Shown: positions 1-13,900 of the stretch, piece after piece
Layout: every line of letters starts with the position of its first letter
Position numbering within the stretch: the first letter of the stretch is position 1
Source: Mobula hypostoma
Lineage: Eukaryota
Assembly: GCF_963921235.1 (NCBI RefSeq)
Contig: NC_086097.1
Location: 2,604,001 to 2,668,000 of the forward strand
DNA length: 64,000 bases
Direction of reading: 5' to 3'
Notes under the pieces: model-generated
Told to the model about the DNA's origin: nothing
The model's database searches: none
What the model saw: only the letters and a program-made list of their open reading frames with translations
Made by a program: the position numbers and the translations under genes

Positions 1-1857
1 GAGCTTAAGGGGCTGAGAAGAGCAAGAAGGGGGCATGAGAAGGCCTTGGCAAGTAGGGTAAAGGAAAACCCCAAGGCATTCTTCAATTATGTGAAGAAAA
101 AAAGGATGACAGGAGTGAAGGTAGGACTGATTAGAGATAAAGGTGGGAAGATGTGCCTGGAGGCTGTGGAAGTGAGCGAGGTCCTCAATGAATACTTCTC
201 TTCGGTATTCACCAATGAGAGGGATCTTGATGATGGTGAGGACAATATGAGTGAGGTTGATGTTCTGGAGCATGTTGATATTAAGGGAGAGGAGGTGTTG
301 GAGTTGTTAAAATACATTAGGACGGAGAAGGCCCCGGGGCCTGATGGAATATTCCCCAGGCTGCTCCACGAGGCGAGGGAAGAGATTGCTGAGCCTCTGG
401 CTAGGATCTTTACGTCCTCGTTGTCCACGGGAATGGTTCCAGAGGATTGGAGGGAGGCGAATGTTGTCCCCTTGTTCAAAAAAGGTAGTAGGGATAGTCC
501 GGGTAATTATAGACCAGTGAGCCTTACGTCTGTGGTGGGAAAGCTGTTGGAAAAGATTCGTAGAGATAGGATCTATAGGCATTTCGAGAATCATGGTCTG
601 ATCAGGGACAGTCTGCATGGCTTTGTGAAGGGAAGATCGTGTCTAACAAGCCTGATAGAGTTCTTTGAGGAGGTGACCAGGCATATAGATGAGGGTAGTG
701 CAGTAGATGTGATCTATATGGATTTTAGTAAGGCATTTCTCAAGGTTCCACATGGTAGGCTTATTCAGAAAGTTAGAAGGCATGGGATCCAGGGAAGTTT
801 GGCCAGGTGGATTCAGAATTGGCTTGCCTGCAGAAAGCAGAGGGTGGTGGTGGAGGGAGTACATTCAGATTGGAGGATTGTGACTAGTGGTGTCCCACAA
901 GGATCTACTTTTCGTGATTTTTATTAACGACCTGGATGTGGGGGTAGAAGGGTGGGTTGGCAAGTTTGCAAACGACACAAAGGTTGGTGGTGTTGTAGAT
1001 AGTGTAGAGGATTGTCAAAGATTGCAGAGAGACATTGATAGGATGCAGAAGTGGGCTGAGAATGGCAGATGGAGTTCAATCTGGAGAAGTGTGAGGTGGT
1101 GCACTTTGGAAGGACAAACTCCAAGGCAGAGTACAAAGTAAATGGCAGGATACTTGGTAGTGTGGAGGAGCAGAGGGATCTCGGGGTACATGTCCACAGA
1201 TCCCTGAGAGTTGCCTCACAGGTGGATAGGGTAGTTAAGAAAGCTTATAGGGTGTTAGATTTCATAAGTCGAGGAATAGAGTTTAAGAGTCGCGATGTAA
1301 TGATGCAGCTCTATAAAACTCTGGTTAGGCCACACTTGGAGTATTGTGTCCAGTTCTGGTCACCTCACTATAGGAAGGATGTGGAAGCATTGGAAAGGGT
1401 ACAGAGGAGATTTACCAGGATGCTGCCTGGTTCAGAAAGTATGCATTATGATCAGAGATTAAGGGAGCTAGGACTTTACTCTTTGGAGAGGAGGAGGATG
1501 AGAGGAGACATGATAGAGGTGTACAAGATAATAAGAGGAATAGATAGAGTGGATAGCCAGCGCCTCTTCCCCAGGGCACCACTGCTCAATACAAGAGGAC
1601 ATGGCTTTAAGGTAAGGGGTGGGAAGTTCAAGGGGGATATTAGAGGAAGGTTTTTTACTCAGAGAGTGGTTGGTGTGTGGAATGCACTGCCTGAGTCAGT
1701 GGTGGAGGCAGATACACTAGTGAAGTTTAAGAGACTACTAGACAGGTATATGGAGGAATTTAAGGTGGGGGCTTATATGGGAGGCAGGGTTTGAGGGTTG
1801 GCACAACATTGTGGGCTGAAGGGCCTGTACTGTGCTGTACTATTCTATGTGCTATGT
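1..1857 (+). mobile_element. CR1 LINE, 3' part of ORF2 (RT) with frameshifts, plus 3' tail
   Basis: ORFs 46-927, 887-1141 and 1069-1794 carry CR1 ORF2 motifs (PGNYRPVSLTS, YMDFSKAF, GVPQGS, FANDTK, LVRPHLEYCVQFWSP). Ends in a (TTCTATG)-like tail. Confidence 0.93.
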
Positions 1858-2193
1858 TAACAAGAGATGGACGGGCTTCAGGCCTTTCAGAATGGGACAA
1901 ATGTGCCGTGAATCGTGCTAGTTGTGTTGGAACTGGATAAAAGAAACTGTTTAATATGGGAATGAGTAAACAGTTGACATCTCAGGGTTATTCTGGCATC
2001 TTCCCCATTCCCTTCCTGTCCTGTCCTGCTGAAGCGTCTCAGCCCGAAACACTTGACTGTTTATCAATGTCCATGGATGCTGCCTGACCTGCTGAGTTCT
2101 TCCAGTATGTTTGTGTGTTGCTCTGGGTTCCTAGCAGTGGCAGAATTTCTTGTGCTTAACTATTTAATGTCCTTTTTTGTGAACTCCCGCCAG

Positions 2194-2372
2194 TTATCAA
2201 GGCAACAGATGGTGATAACAGTGGACCATTGACGAAGTTGGAGGACAGCGACGTTGATGTGTGTACGGTGCAGGAAAATGGAGATTCCTATAACCAGAAA
2301 GCAGTGAAAACTGAAGAGAGTGAAGGCAAACACAGTGAGCCCTCCACAAGCTGCACAGCTGAGAAATCTGAG
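2194..2372 (+). CDS. UBR7: UBR7 internal coding exon (acidic low-complexity linker)
   Basis: Pyrimidine tract then CAG|TTATC...TCTGAG|GTATCT. Open frame (V)IKATDGDNSG...TAEKSE; phase-0 end joins the next exon in frame. Less conserved than the downstream exons. Confidence 0.75.
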
Positions 2373-4398
2373 GTATCTCCCATACTTGCTGTTGCTGTGA
2401 TGTTGGTGCAGTACTTGCCTAGCCGTCTATCAGCGTAGAATGCTCAGCTTTGCCAGCTGATGGCTGATATCAGCTCTGACTCCACAGACATGTACTGCAC
2501 AAAACAATTTGATCCTTTGTGCAGGTGGTGACATTTAATTATCCATTTTAGGCCATAACATAAAGGAGCAAAGTTAAACCATCAGCCCATTGAGTCTGCT
2601 CTGCTGTTCCATCATGGCTGATATATTATCGCTCTCAAACCCATTCTCCTGCCTTCTCCCTGTAAACTCTGCCTAATCAACAACCTATCAACCTCCACTT
2701 TAAATATACTTAACGACTTGGCCTCCACAGCCGTCCGTGGCAATGAATTCCACGGATTCACCCCCTGCCCTCCAGCTAAAGAAATTCTTCTTCATCTGTG
2801 TTCTAAATGGACGTCCCTCTATTCTGAGGCTGTGCCCTCTGGTCCTGGACTCCTCCAGTCTAGGAAACAGCCTCTCCACATCTACTCTTATCTCAGCCTT
2901 CCAACATTTGATCGATTTCAATGAGATTTCTACACCCACTCGCCCCCAATTCTCCGAAAACCCAGTGAGTACAGGCCAGGACCCATCAGACACTCCTTGT
3001 ACATTAACCCTTTCATTCCCAGAATCATTCTCATGCATGTTCTCCAATACCAGCACATTCTTTGATAAGGGACCCAAAACTGCTCAACATATTCCAAGTG
3101 CCATTTGACCAATGCCTTGTAAAGGCTCAGTATTACATCCTTGCTTTTATACTCTAGTCCTCTTAAAATGAATGCGAACATTGCATTTGCCTTCCTCATC
3201 ACCCACTGAACCTGCAAGTTAATCTTTATGGAATCCATTACGACAACTCTCAAGTTCTTTTACACCTTTTGATTTCTGAATGTCCTTTTCATTTAGAAAA
3301 TAATTTACACCTTTTATTACTTCTGCCAATGTGCATGACCACACACTTGTCTACACTATATTCCATCTGCCACTTTGTCCGTTTTCTCAATCTGTCCCGG
3401 TCCTTCTGCAGATTTCCTGCTCCAACACGACCTGCCCCTCTACTTATCTTTGTATCATCTGCAAAGTCACCAATTCCATCATTAAATCGTTGACATATAA
3501 TCTGAAAAGATGTGGTCCCAATACTGACTGCTATGGAACACCACTAGTCACCAGGAGCCAACTAGAATAGGCCCCCTTATTCTCGCTCTTTTCCTCTTGC
3601 CAGTCAGCCAAGCGTCTGTCAATGCTAGTATCTTCCCTGTAATACCATGGGCTCTCGTGTTGTTTAGCAGCATCATGTGTGGCACCTTGTCAAAGGCCTT
3701 CTGAAAACACGCAAACAACATCCACCGACTCTCCTTTGTCTGTCCGTGCCTGTTCTTTCCTCAAAGAATTCTAACAGATTTGTCAGTCAAGATGAAGATT
3801 GTCAAGATTCCTTCTCCATGAAGGAAACCATGCTGACTTCAGCCTTTTTCAGAAAAATATATTGTGTCTCCAAATACCCAAAAAACTCATTCTCAATAAT
3901 TGTCTCCAACATCTTCCTAACACTAAGTCAGACTAAATGGCCTATAACTTCCTTTCTTCTGCCTCTTTCCTTTCATGAAGAGTGGAGTGAGTTTTGCAAT
4001 TTTCTAGTCTTTGGGAACCATTTCAGAATCTAGTATTCTTGACAGATCATTACTAATACCCCCACAATTTCTTCAGCCTCAGGACCTCTTTCAGAAACCT
4101 GTCGTGTTGTCCATCTGGTCCACAAGACTGATCTACCTTCAGAGTTTTCAGCTTCCCAAGCACCTTCTCCTTGGTAATAGTAACAACACTCACTTCTGTC
4201 CCCTGACACCTGGAACTTCCACCATACTGCTAGTGTCTTCCACAGTGAAGAAAGATGCAAAATACTTATTCAGTTTGGCTGCTATTTTGTTGTCCTCTAT
4301 TACTACCTCTCCAGCATCATTTTCCAGCAGTCAAACATCCACTCTCACCTCTCTTTTACACTTTTTGTATCTGAAGACACTTTTGGTATTGCCTTTAT

Positions 4399-5164
4399 CA
4401 GCGGTCCCCAACCACTGGGCCGCAGACCGGTATCGGGCTGCAAAGCATGTGCTACCGGGCCGTGAGGAAACAATATGAGTCAGCTGCACCTTTCCTCATT
4501 TCCTGTCACGCACCGTTGAACTTGGAACATAGGGTTGCCAACTGTCCTGTTTTTGCCGGGACATCCCGTATATTGGGCTAAATTGGTTTGTCCCGTATTT
4601 CCCATGCTAAGGTAGAGTGTTCCTATGAAACCTTTCGTGCTGAAAGGCGAAGAAGCAATTACCATTAATTTATACGGGAAAAATTTTTGAGCGTTCCCAG
4701 ACCCAAAAAATAACCTAACAAATCATACCAAATAACACATAACACCTAAAATAAATAACACTAACATATAGTAAAAACAGGAATGATATGATAAATACAC
4801 AGCCTATATAAAGTAGAAATAATGTATGTGCAGTGTAGTCAGGAAGGTGAAGGCAAAACCGATTTGTGGGGGAAAAAAATTGGAACGTACGCACATGCGT
4901 ACGCGCATGCGCACACAGGTGCCTGTGCAAGGCTTCATGGTCATGGTAGTCTTTCCTGAGGTAAAGTGTCCTGGGATTTGACTGCGACTTTTGTCCCTTA
5001 TTTGGGAGTGAGAAAGTTGGCAACCCTAACTGTAAAAGACATGTTGAGGTGAGTTTAACCCGATTTGAACACCCCCCCCCCCCACCCCCACCCCGGTCGG
5101 CTAGTCCGCATGAATATTGTCAATATTAAACTGGTCCACAGTGCAAAAAATTTGGGGACCCCTG
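4399..5164. mobile_element. Non-autonomous hAT (Charlie-like) composite element
   Basis: Termini CAGCGGTCCCCAA...TTGGGGACCCCTG, with 8-bp flanks GCCTTTAT / GTCTTTAT (7/8 match, TSD). Confidence 0.85.
4530..5028. mobile_element. Inner hAT (Blackjack/Tip100-like) MITE carrying a Tigger end fragment
   Basis: Perfect 14-bp TIR TAGGGTTGCCAACT...AGTTGGCAACCCTA. Internal ~4610-4840 matches ~44510-44900. Confidence 0.75.
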
Positions 5165-6763
5165 GTCTTTATTACTGGCTAGCTTACCTTCGTATTCTAT
5201 TTTCATCTTCTTAATTACTTCTTAGTTGTCTTCTGTGGTTTTTAAATGTTTCCCAATCCTCTAACTTCCCACCAATCTTCGCTCTATTATATGCCCTCTC
5301 TTTGGCTTTTATGTTGGCTTTGAATTCTCTTGTCAGCAACTGTTGCATAATCCCAACTTCAGAATAATTCCTCTTTGGGATGTATCTATCCTGCACCTTC
5401 TGAATTGCTCCCAGAAATTCCAGCCGTTGCTGTTCTAACATCATCCCTGCCAGTGTTCCCTTCCAATCAACTTTGGGCAGTTCCTCTCTCTCTTGCCTCC
5501 ATTTCCCTTTACTCCACTGTAATACTGATACATCTGACTTTAGCTTCTCGAACTTGCAGGCCCTCCTGTACTAGTTGTGAATGGCCAGTAGTAAAGACGC
5601 TTTGCTGTCACATTCTGGAGGTGGGGTATTAGTTTTGAGTGACAGTTACAGCGCAACATGTCCTTCCAGCCAATGATGCCTGTGTATGACCCGTACCCCT
5701 ACCTCTGAAACACAAGGTCCTGCGTTCAAATCCCGTTCTGGAAATTAAAAAATGAAACACCACTGAGTGAACGTTGCTACTGGGCACCGTGAAACTCTGA
5801 CACAGAAGATCCCATCACACAGAGGAGGGTGGGCTGTGCTGGTTTAGCCTCTGTTGCTCCTTTAGGTTTCGTACAATAATACAATTCACTTTTTTGCTCA
5901 ACTTTTGCAGTGCATATTAAATTTAATCCAATCTTTTAAATACTTTTATGTTATAGTTTTTAATGTGTAGCAATGTATAGCTGCTGCAAAACCTCTCTCA
6001 CATCATGCAGTACTATTTATATAGCTAGCATGCCTACCTTTTGCTCAGTATTGTCGTAATTTTGTTTTGCACTGTACTGCTGCCACAAGAAAAACAAATT
6101 TCTTGACATATGTGAGTGATGATGAACCTGATTCTGACAAGGGTCTCTATTGTGGACTGAGAGTGAGAAGAGGGCAGGGAGAGAGGGGAATCATGGTTGG
6201 GAAAAGGAGCAGGAATCACCAGAGAGGCTTTCTATAATGATCAATAAATTAATTGTTTGGAATCAAATGACCTTGCTGCATGGTGTGTCTGCCCCTGCGC
6301 CAACCCCTACCCCCGGCACTCCTCTGCCACACATCCCCCACCTTTCCTGCGGCACTCCACCCTCGCTATTCCCAACATCCTTTCCTCCTCTCCTCTTTGG
6401 CAAGTACTGTAATGTCCAAAAGTCTTAGGCTAGGGTGCCCAGTACTGTACACCTGTAAATTTAAACCTGATTCTGATTAGTACTTTGAATTACAATAAAC
6501 GTAAAAGAAAAAGATGCAGCCTGTGTTTCTCTCTTCCCCATTATCGATGAAGTATAATCAGTGATTTTAGTCATTGCAACAAAGTCTTGAAACGGACATG
6601 CATTGATCATACATTGAGCTTGGGAATTTCCCTCTATTGCCAGTGTCTGGTGGCATAGATCATTTTGAACCCTGTCGGTAACATACATTCATATCACTAA
6701 TGCCAGCATGTTGTATCCTCGTGTGTGTTTGGCCTAGAGTTTAAAGTTTGACTTCTCTCTCAG

Positions 6764-6919
6764 GCAGCGAGCGGCAATGAAGCAAGCTGTAGTGTGAAAG
6801 AGGAGAACGCTGGTTGCAAACTGCAACAGCTGAGAGAGCGAGGGGACATGCAGAGAGACTGTGCCACCTACTGGCCTCATAACTGGCGCAACAAGCTGTG
6901 CACCTGCCCATCCTGCATG
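6764..6919 (+). CDS. UBR7: UBR7 coding exon
   Basis: CAG|GCAGCG...TGCATG|GTAGG, 156 nt. Encodes ...GCKLQQLRERGDMQRDCATYWPHNWRNKLCTCPSCM, matching the UBR7 ATYWPxNWRxKLCTC motif. Confidence 0.95.
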
Positions 6920-8354
6920 GTAGGTTGGCCTCCACTGCTGAATTAAGTTCAAGTTTATTGTCATCTGATTTTATACAAACGAATGAAAAAATGTTCCTCT
7001 GGACCACGGTGCACCCACAATACACATATCACAGACAGCACATAAAACAACAATATTACCATAAGTAAGTAGTAAAATATAATATGCATGTAGTGCACAG
7101 CACAGCTAAACAGTAAACATCTCGCTGTCGTAGTGACAAGATCTCGATGGTACAGGGTATTCATTAATCTCACAGCCTGAGGGAAGAAGCTGTTATCCAG
7201 TCTGACTGTCCTAGTCCTGATGCTCCTGTCCCTCCTCCCTGACGGTCGTGGATCAGAGATTGTGGGCTGGTGGTAGGGATCCTCAACAATACTTTGGACC
7301 GTTTGTATTCAACGCCTCTGGTAAAAGTCACGGGGGGGGGTGGTGGGCGGAGGAAGACCCCAGTGATCCTCTCGACATAGGGTCTTGCAGCTTCACTACC
7401 ACACTTAACTTCCCCACGATCATGGCTTCCTGTAACTTTAGGTTTAAAAAACACTGAGTAAAGAACTTTAATCTGTTTTTAATGTTAGGAATAAAGGTTT
7501 TTATGTGCTTTTCTGCATGTCGCACTCTGAAATGGTTTAAGATGCCTTGTAATACATATTTAAATAGATAAATAATTTTTAATCAAGGCTACTGGGTGCA
7601 GATCTTATAAAACATTAAATCTTGCTTCTGGGTTTCTTAAATCCTGTGACTGAAGTTTTGCAAGTATTTTTTTTCTTGCACTTCCAGCCTGTAGTGTTTC
7701 TCTGGATACCTAGTCAAAGTATATCGAGTCTTGGAAACCTGTCTAACCACAGCAATGAATAATTCATCTTAAAAAAGGCAGCTAACTCTTCAAATATTAC
7801 AAATGCCAGCTGCTGTTCTGCTGCAGGCTTGCTATTAATTCACAATTTGCAAGTGTGGATGAGGGAGGAATTTGACAGTATGTCCTCCAGGGTTTCTTTT
7901 AAACAAAGAAAGTAAAATGTGTGTGGATGAATTCTTGACAACTAGTGTTGTGTTCACTGGTGTTTAGATCACGTCATTTAAATTGTGATAAAATAGCCCT
8001 CTGCACCTTGAGGTGCTCCGCTGGTTCAGGATGACCATGGATGTAACGTCTCAGCTGTCTACAGGATACACCAGCCAGGGCAGTACGATATGGAGAGCAA
8101 ACTGTTGCCCGTTCAGCAGGCTCCCCCTCCATGCAGCTGATACACCCAAACAAACGGCAGAGACGAGATACAGTTTGGCACCAGCGGCTCTGCAGGAATT
8201 TGCCAGTCAGCAATGAACTCAGCATGGGACTGTCTTAGGGACTCCAGCTCCGGATTTTCCCGTGGGGTTTACTCCCAAAGCCTTCTCCGTGAGTAGGTGG
8301 GTACAGCTTCAAGGTGGAGATTTGAGATTTTCTTTCTCCTAGACGAGCTACCAA

Positions 8355-8692
8355 CAATGTTCCCTCTAAGTTGTGCGCGCACACACACACATCTTTTGCT
8401 ACTAGCGCACAAAAGGAATTTAAACTGCACACAAAAGGTTGTCGCACTCTACCTCATTGGTATGTTAAGTATGTTTCACAATTGTACACAATCATTTTTC
8501 CTTTTCCGGTTTCTGAAGCAGACGGTGTTGACAGTGTGGGGTTTACAATGATTTGTCTGCAGATTTTACAGCCGGCTTATTTATACCGTTTTTATCGAAG
8601 AAATTATTCAGTGCACACATGTCACTAGGCAAACAATTGCCCGGTACAAGATTTTTGCACGCACTGGTTATTACAAATTAGAGGGAACATTG
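8355..8692. mobile_element. hAT-type MITE
   Basis: Perfect 15-bp TIR CAATGTTCCCTCTAA...TTAGAGGGAACATTG, with 8-bp flanks GCTACCAA / GTTGCCAA (6/8). Confidence 0.8.
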
Positions 8693-9059
8693 GTTGCCAA
8701 CCAGGGCCAATGAATGCCCCAGGCAACTGGTTTGAAGTTGCCAGTAACCTGTCTTTGCCCCTTGTCAGTAGAAATGGTTCCGCTGGGCTTGGTAGCCACA
8801 AGTGAATGCCAGGAGCTGGACTTGGTTGTCAGAGGCTATTTGAGATGTACACCATTGGGAGCATTTAATAGGTTGTGGGATCTCATCCCTAGTACCCCAT
8901 GCCTGGCTACAGCAACTGCAAGAAACCAGTGTTTCAGTTATGACTGAATTTTACTAAATGGCTTGCTTTTCTTTCAATTATTTCATTGCTGATAAAAGCT
9001 TTGGAAATGTTGTGCTGCTCACTTTATATTCACCTCTGTTAAATCTGACTGCTTTGCAG

Positions 9060-9228
9060 AACCTGTACAAAGAACTCGAAATCTCCTTCCTTTTGGATGA
9101 GTTTGACACAGTGCTGGCTTATGAGAACAAAGGTAAAAGTGACGAAGAGACCGACCGAGAGAGAACTGACCCACTGATGACTGCCCTGAGCAATATGAAT
9201 AGAATCCAGCAAGTTGAACTCATTTACG
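9060..9228 (+). CDS. UBR7: UBR7 coding exon
   Basis: TTTGCAG|AACCTG...ATTTACG|GTACC, 169 nt. NLYKELEISFLLDEFDTVLAYENKGK...DPLMTALSNMNRIQQVELIY. Confidence 0.96.
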
Positions 9229-9461
9229 GTACCGTCTTCCTCTTTGTTTAATTCTGTTAAGTGTTTGAATAGCTGTCTGGTCCAGCTTGTAGTGGCTTTT
9301 AAATAAAGATCAGTGGCTGCTTGGTAGCGGAGTGCTACAGTGCCAGCGACCCAGGTTCAGTCCCTGTCACCACCTGTGAGGAGTTCGCACGTTCTTCCTG
9401 TGACGGGGAGAGTTTCACCCCATATTCCAGCTCCATGTGGGTTGGTCACATGGGTGTAAAT

Positions 9462-11008
9462 AGACTGGATGGGATGTACCCCAGGTTACTGTGGGAGGTG
9501 AGGGAGGAGTTTGCTGAGCCTCTGGCGATGATCTTTGCATCATCAATTGGGATGGGAGAGGTTCCAGAGGATTGGAGGGTTGTGGATGTTGTTCCTTTAT
9601 TCAAGAAAGGGAGTAGAGATAGCCCAGGAAATTATAGAGCAGTGAGTCTTACTTCAGTGGATGGTAAGTTGATAGAGAAGATCCTGAGAGGCAGGATTTA
9701 TGAACATTTGGAGAGGCATAATATGATTAGGAATAGTCAGCATGGCTTTGTCAAGGGCAGGTCGTGCCTTATGAGCCTGACTGAATTTTTGAGGATGTGA
9801 CTGAACACATTGATGAAGGAAGAGCAGTGGATGTAGTGTATATGGATTTCAGCAAGGCATTTGATAAGGTACCCTATGCAAGGCTTATTGAGAAAGTAAG
9901 GAGGCATGGGATCCAGGGGATATTGCTTTGTTGATCCAGAACTGGCTTGCCCACAGAAGGCAAAGAGTGGTTGTAGACGGGATATATTCTGCATGGAGGT
10001 CTGTGACCAGTGGTGTGCCTCAGGGATCTATTCTGGGACGCTTACTCTTTGTGACTTCTATAAATCACCTGGATGAAGAAGTGGAGGGATGGGTTAGTAA
10101 AGTTGCTGATGACACAAAGGTTGGAGGTGTTGTGGATAGTGTGGAAGGTTGTCAGAGGTTACAGCAGGACATTGATAGGATGCAAAACTGGGCTGAGAAG
10201 TGGCAGATGGAGTTCAACCCAGATAAGTGTGAGGTGGTTCATTTTGGTAGATCAAATATGATGGCAGAATGTAGTATTAATGTAAGACTCTTGGCACTGT
10301 GGAGGATCAGAGGGATCTTGGGGTCTGAGTCCATAGGTCGCTCAAAGCAGCTGCACAAGTTGACTCTGTGTTTAAGAAGGCGTGCGGTGTATTGGTCTTC
10401 ATCAATCGTGGGATTGAATTTAGGAGCCGAGAGGTAATGTTGCACCTATATAGGACCCTGGTCAGACCCCACTTGGAATACTGTGGTCAGTTCTGGTCAC
10501 CTCACTGCAGAAAGGATGTGGAAACTATAGAAAGGGTGCAGAGGAGATTTACAAGGATGTTGCCTGGATTGGGCAGCATGCCTTATGAGAATAGGTTGGG
10601 TGAACTCGGCCTTTTCTCCTTGGAGCGACAGAGGATGAGAGGTGACCTGATAGAGGTGTACAAGATGATGAGAGGCATTGATCGTGTAGATAGTCAGAGG
10701 CTTTTTCCCAGGGCTGAAATGGTTGCCACAAGAGGACACAGGTTTAAGGTGCTGGGGAGTAGGTACAGAGGAGATGTTAGGGGTAAGTTTTTTTTACTCG
10801 AGAGTGGTGAGTGCGTGGAATGGGCTGCTGGCAGCGGTGGTGGAGGCGGATACGATAGGATCTTTTAAGAGACTTTTGGATAGGTACATGGAGCTTAGAA
10901 AATAGAGGGCTGTGGGTAAAGCCTAGGTAGTTCTAAGGTAGGGACATGTTCGGCACAGCTTTGTGGGCCGAAGGGCCTGTATTGTGCTGTAGGTTCTCTA
11001 TGTTTCTA
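9462..11008 (+). mobile_element. 5'-truncated CR1 LINE
   Basis: RT fragments in ORFs 9321-9800, 9928-10437 and 10368-10868. 3' tail ...GTTCTCTATGTTTCTA. Confidence 0.92.
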
Positions 11009-11683
11009 GACAAATTAGCTTTGTCAGCTGTACAGCTTAGACATGTGGTGAAATGTGTCATTTGCGTCAATGCCGAACAGTCTGAGGATGTGCTGGGAGC
11101 AGCCTGCTTTTGGCACCAACCTAACATGGCACAAGAGCTGTATGTCCTTTAGAACGTGGGAGGCACCCCGGGCAGCCGGAGGATCCAGTGTGGTGACCAG
11201 GACAACAGCAAACTCCTGCCCCTGAGAACTGAGCGCCCATTGCTGGCACAGTACAGCATTGTGCTAGCTTGGTGTTGCCTGACCACTCTGTTGGCACAGC
11301 TTCCGAAAGACTAAATCACAGTCTGATGTCTGTGGGAGTTATTATGGATTGAAAATCACATTCAAGGCTGAAGTGTAGGCCTTAACTGAATTTTAATCTT
11401 ACTGGGTACTTAAGCATTTAAGTCATATTAATGGGCACTGAAATGGGGGCTTAACACAAAACACCATAATTATTACATTCAAATAGATTTAAGCTTGTGA
11501 AATCTGGTGCCAGAGAAATGACCATGTCTGATTTGCATGTCTTTTAAAAAATATTGGCTCATTTCACCTGTTTCTCTGCTTACATGCCAGTAATTAACAC
11601 TGTGCTGTAGGGGAAAAAATAAAATTCTGATTCACTCATCCTGGTGTGTGCTGTGGTTTAAAGTAAGTTTTTTCCTTTTGCAG

Positions 11684-11745
11684 AATACAATGATTTAAAA
11701 TCTGAACTTAAAGATTACCTGAAGAGATTTGCAGATGAGGGAAAG
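11684..11745 (+). CDS. UBR7: UBR7 penultimate coding exon
   Basis: TTTTGCAG|AATAC...GGAAAG|GTAAG, 62 nt. (E)YNDLKSELKDYLKRFADEGK; phases fit both neighbouring exons. Confidence 0.96.
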
Positions 11746-11894
11746 GTAAGGCCGGCCTTGCTTTGAACGAGTTTATGAAATCGAGCCAATTGAAATTAGT
11801 AGAATTCTTTGTGGGAACTTTGGATTTGTAACCAGGTCAGTAAAGGCACACAGGCTACATGCAGCATTTCAGCTGCGAACCAAAAGGGGAGGTA

Positions 11895-13900
11895 AGACCA
11901 TAAGATCTAGCAGAATCAGGCCATTTGGTCCATCGAGTCTGCTCCGCCTTTTCTTCGTAACAGATCCAATTTTCCTCTCGGCCCCAAACTTCAGCTTCCT
12001 CCCTGTATCCCTTTATGCTCCGACCAATCAAGGATCTATCAACTTCTCCCTTAAATACACATAAAGACTTGGCCTCCACAGCTGCTGTGGCAAAAAATTC
12101 CACAGATTCACCACCCTCTGGCCCAAGAAACTCCCCCTCATCTCGGTTCTAAAAGAATGCCCCTCTATTCTGAGGCTGTGTCCTCTGGTTTTAGACTCTC
12201 CCACCATAGGAAACATTCTCTCCACATCCACTCTTAATCACGGCCTACTCCATTCGATAGGTTTCAATGAATACAGGCCCAGAGACATCAAATGCTCTTC
12301 ATGTGACAAGCCATTCAGTCCTGGAATCATTTTCATGAACCTTCTTTGAACCCTCTCCAGTTTTAGCACATCCTTTCTGAGATAAGAGACCCAAACCTGC
12401 TCACTGCTTTTTTAAAAAAAGGCTCAACGTTCCATCCTTGCTTTTGTATTCTAGTCCTCTTCAGACGAATGCTAACTTTGCATTTGCCTTCCTCACCCAT
12501 ATGTGATTCCCATAATGGTTTTTTATTACCCTTGTAGTTTCTTCACTCCACCCACAAAGATTCAACATTCTCTGACCCTATGTCACCTCCTTCTAAATTT
12601 GCAATTCCATCTCTTACCAACAGAGCCACACCACCGTCTCTGCCTTCCTGTCTGTCCTTTTGATACAAAGTATATCCTGTGATGTTAAGCTCCCAAATAT
12701 GGCCTTCTTCCAGCCACGACTCAGTGATGACCATGAACGTCATACTGACCAATCTCTAATCGCACCATGAGTTCATCCACCTTATTCTGAATGCTATGCG
12801 CATGCAAATATTGCACCTTCAGTCCTACATTCTTTGTCCTTTTGAATTTTGCCTCTGTGGTACAATTTAACTCTTCGCTATGTCTGCATTTGTACCCAAT
12901 CATTGGCTTATCCTTCCTTACATTCATGTTACACCCATCATCTACTTGTAAACCTGCTGACTCATCCTCAGCTCTATCATACTGGTTCCCATCCCCCTGC
13001 CATATTAGTTTAAACCACTGCCAACAGCTCTAGTAAACCTGTCTGTGAGATTATTGGTTCCCCTCGAATTCAAGTGCAATTTACCCCTTTGTTACATGTC
13101 CCATCGGCCCCAGAAGAGGTTGTAATTATCCAGAAATCTGAATTCCTGCTGCCTTCTCCAATTCTTCAGCCATGCATTTACCTTCCACCTCATTTTAATC
13201 CTATCCTCACTGTCAATCTCCTGAGATTACTACCCTTGAGGTCCTGCTTCTCAACTTCCTTCCTCACTCCGTATTCTTCTTTCAGGCCCTCCTCCCTTTC
13301 TCTACCCATGTCATTGGTACCAATCTGTACCACGACTTCAGCTGCTCAGCCCCCCTTCCCAGGAGATTGTGGACACGTACAGAAACACTGCGGAACCTGG
13401 CACCCGGGAGGCAAACTACCATTCGTGTTTGCTTTTGGTGTTCACAGCATCGCCTATCTGTCCCCCTGACTATAGAGTCCCCTAATACTGCTGCCATCCT
13501 CTTCCGTTCCCTGCCATTCTGAGCTACAGTGCCAGAGGCATGGCTGCTACTGCTCGCCCCCCGCAACAGTACTCACTCAAATTGGAGTACTTATTTTGAG
13601 GGGGACATCCACTATCTGACGTTCTCCCTTCCCTCTCATGACAGTCACCCATTATCTGCCTCCTGTGGCCTTGAGGTGACTACCTCCCTGTAGCTCCTGT
13701 CTATCGCTGCCTCACTTTCCCGAACAAGCCGAAGGTCATCGAGCTGCAGCTCCAGTTCCCTAACTCGGTCTCTAAGGAGCTGCACCTCGATGCATAGAGT
13801 GCAGGTGCGTCCATTGTGGAGGCTGGGCGTCTCCTGGAATTCCCACATCTGACACCCAGAACTGAACACTGGCTCTGTAGACATATCCCCTATTCTCTCA
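11895..13900 (-). mobile_element. Internally deleted CR1 LINE (3' end, APE start, and ORF1 esterase/zipper region)
   Basis: SKTRGHSLRIEG, ITESWL, VLGDSIVRGTD and LLRDRVRELELQLDDL on the minus strand. Confidence 0.82.

Larger units (their letters stand above)
2553..5560 (-). mobile_element. Degenerate CR1 LINE interrupted by a composite hAT element at 4399-5164
   Basis: Minus-strand ORF fragments (LYKALVKWHLEY, SRTRGHSLRIEG, KANIKAKERAY). CR1 sequence resumes after 5172. Confidence 0.85.
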
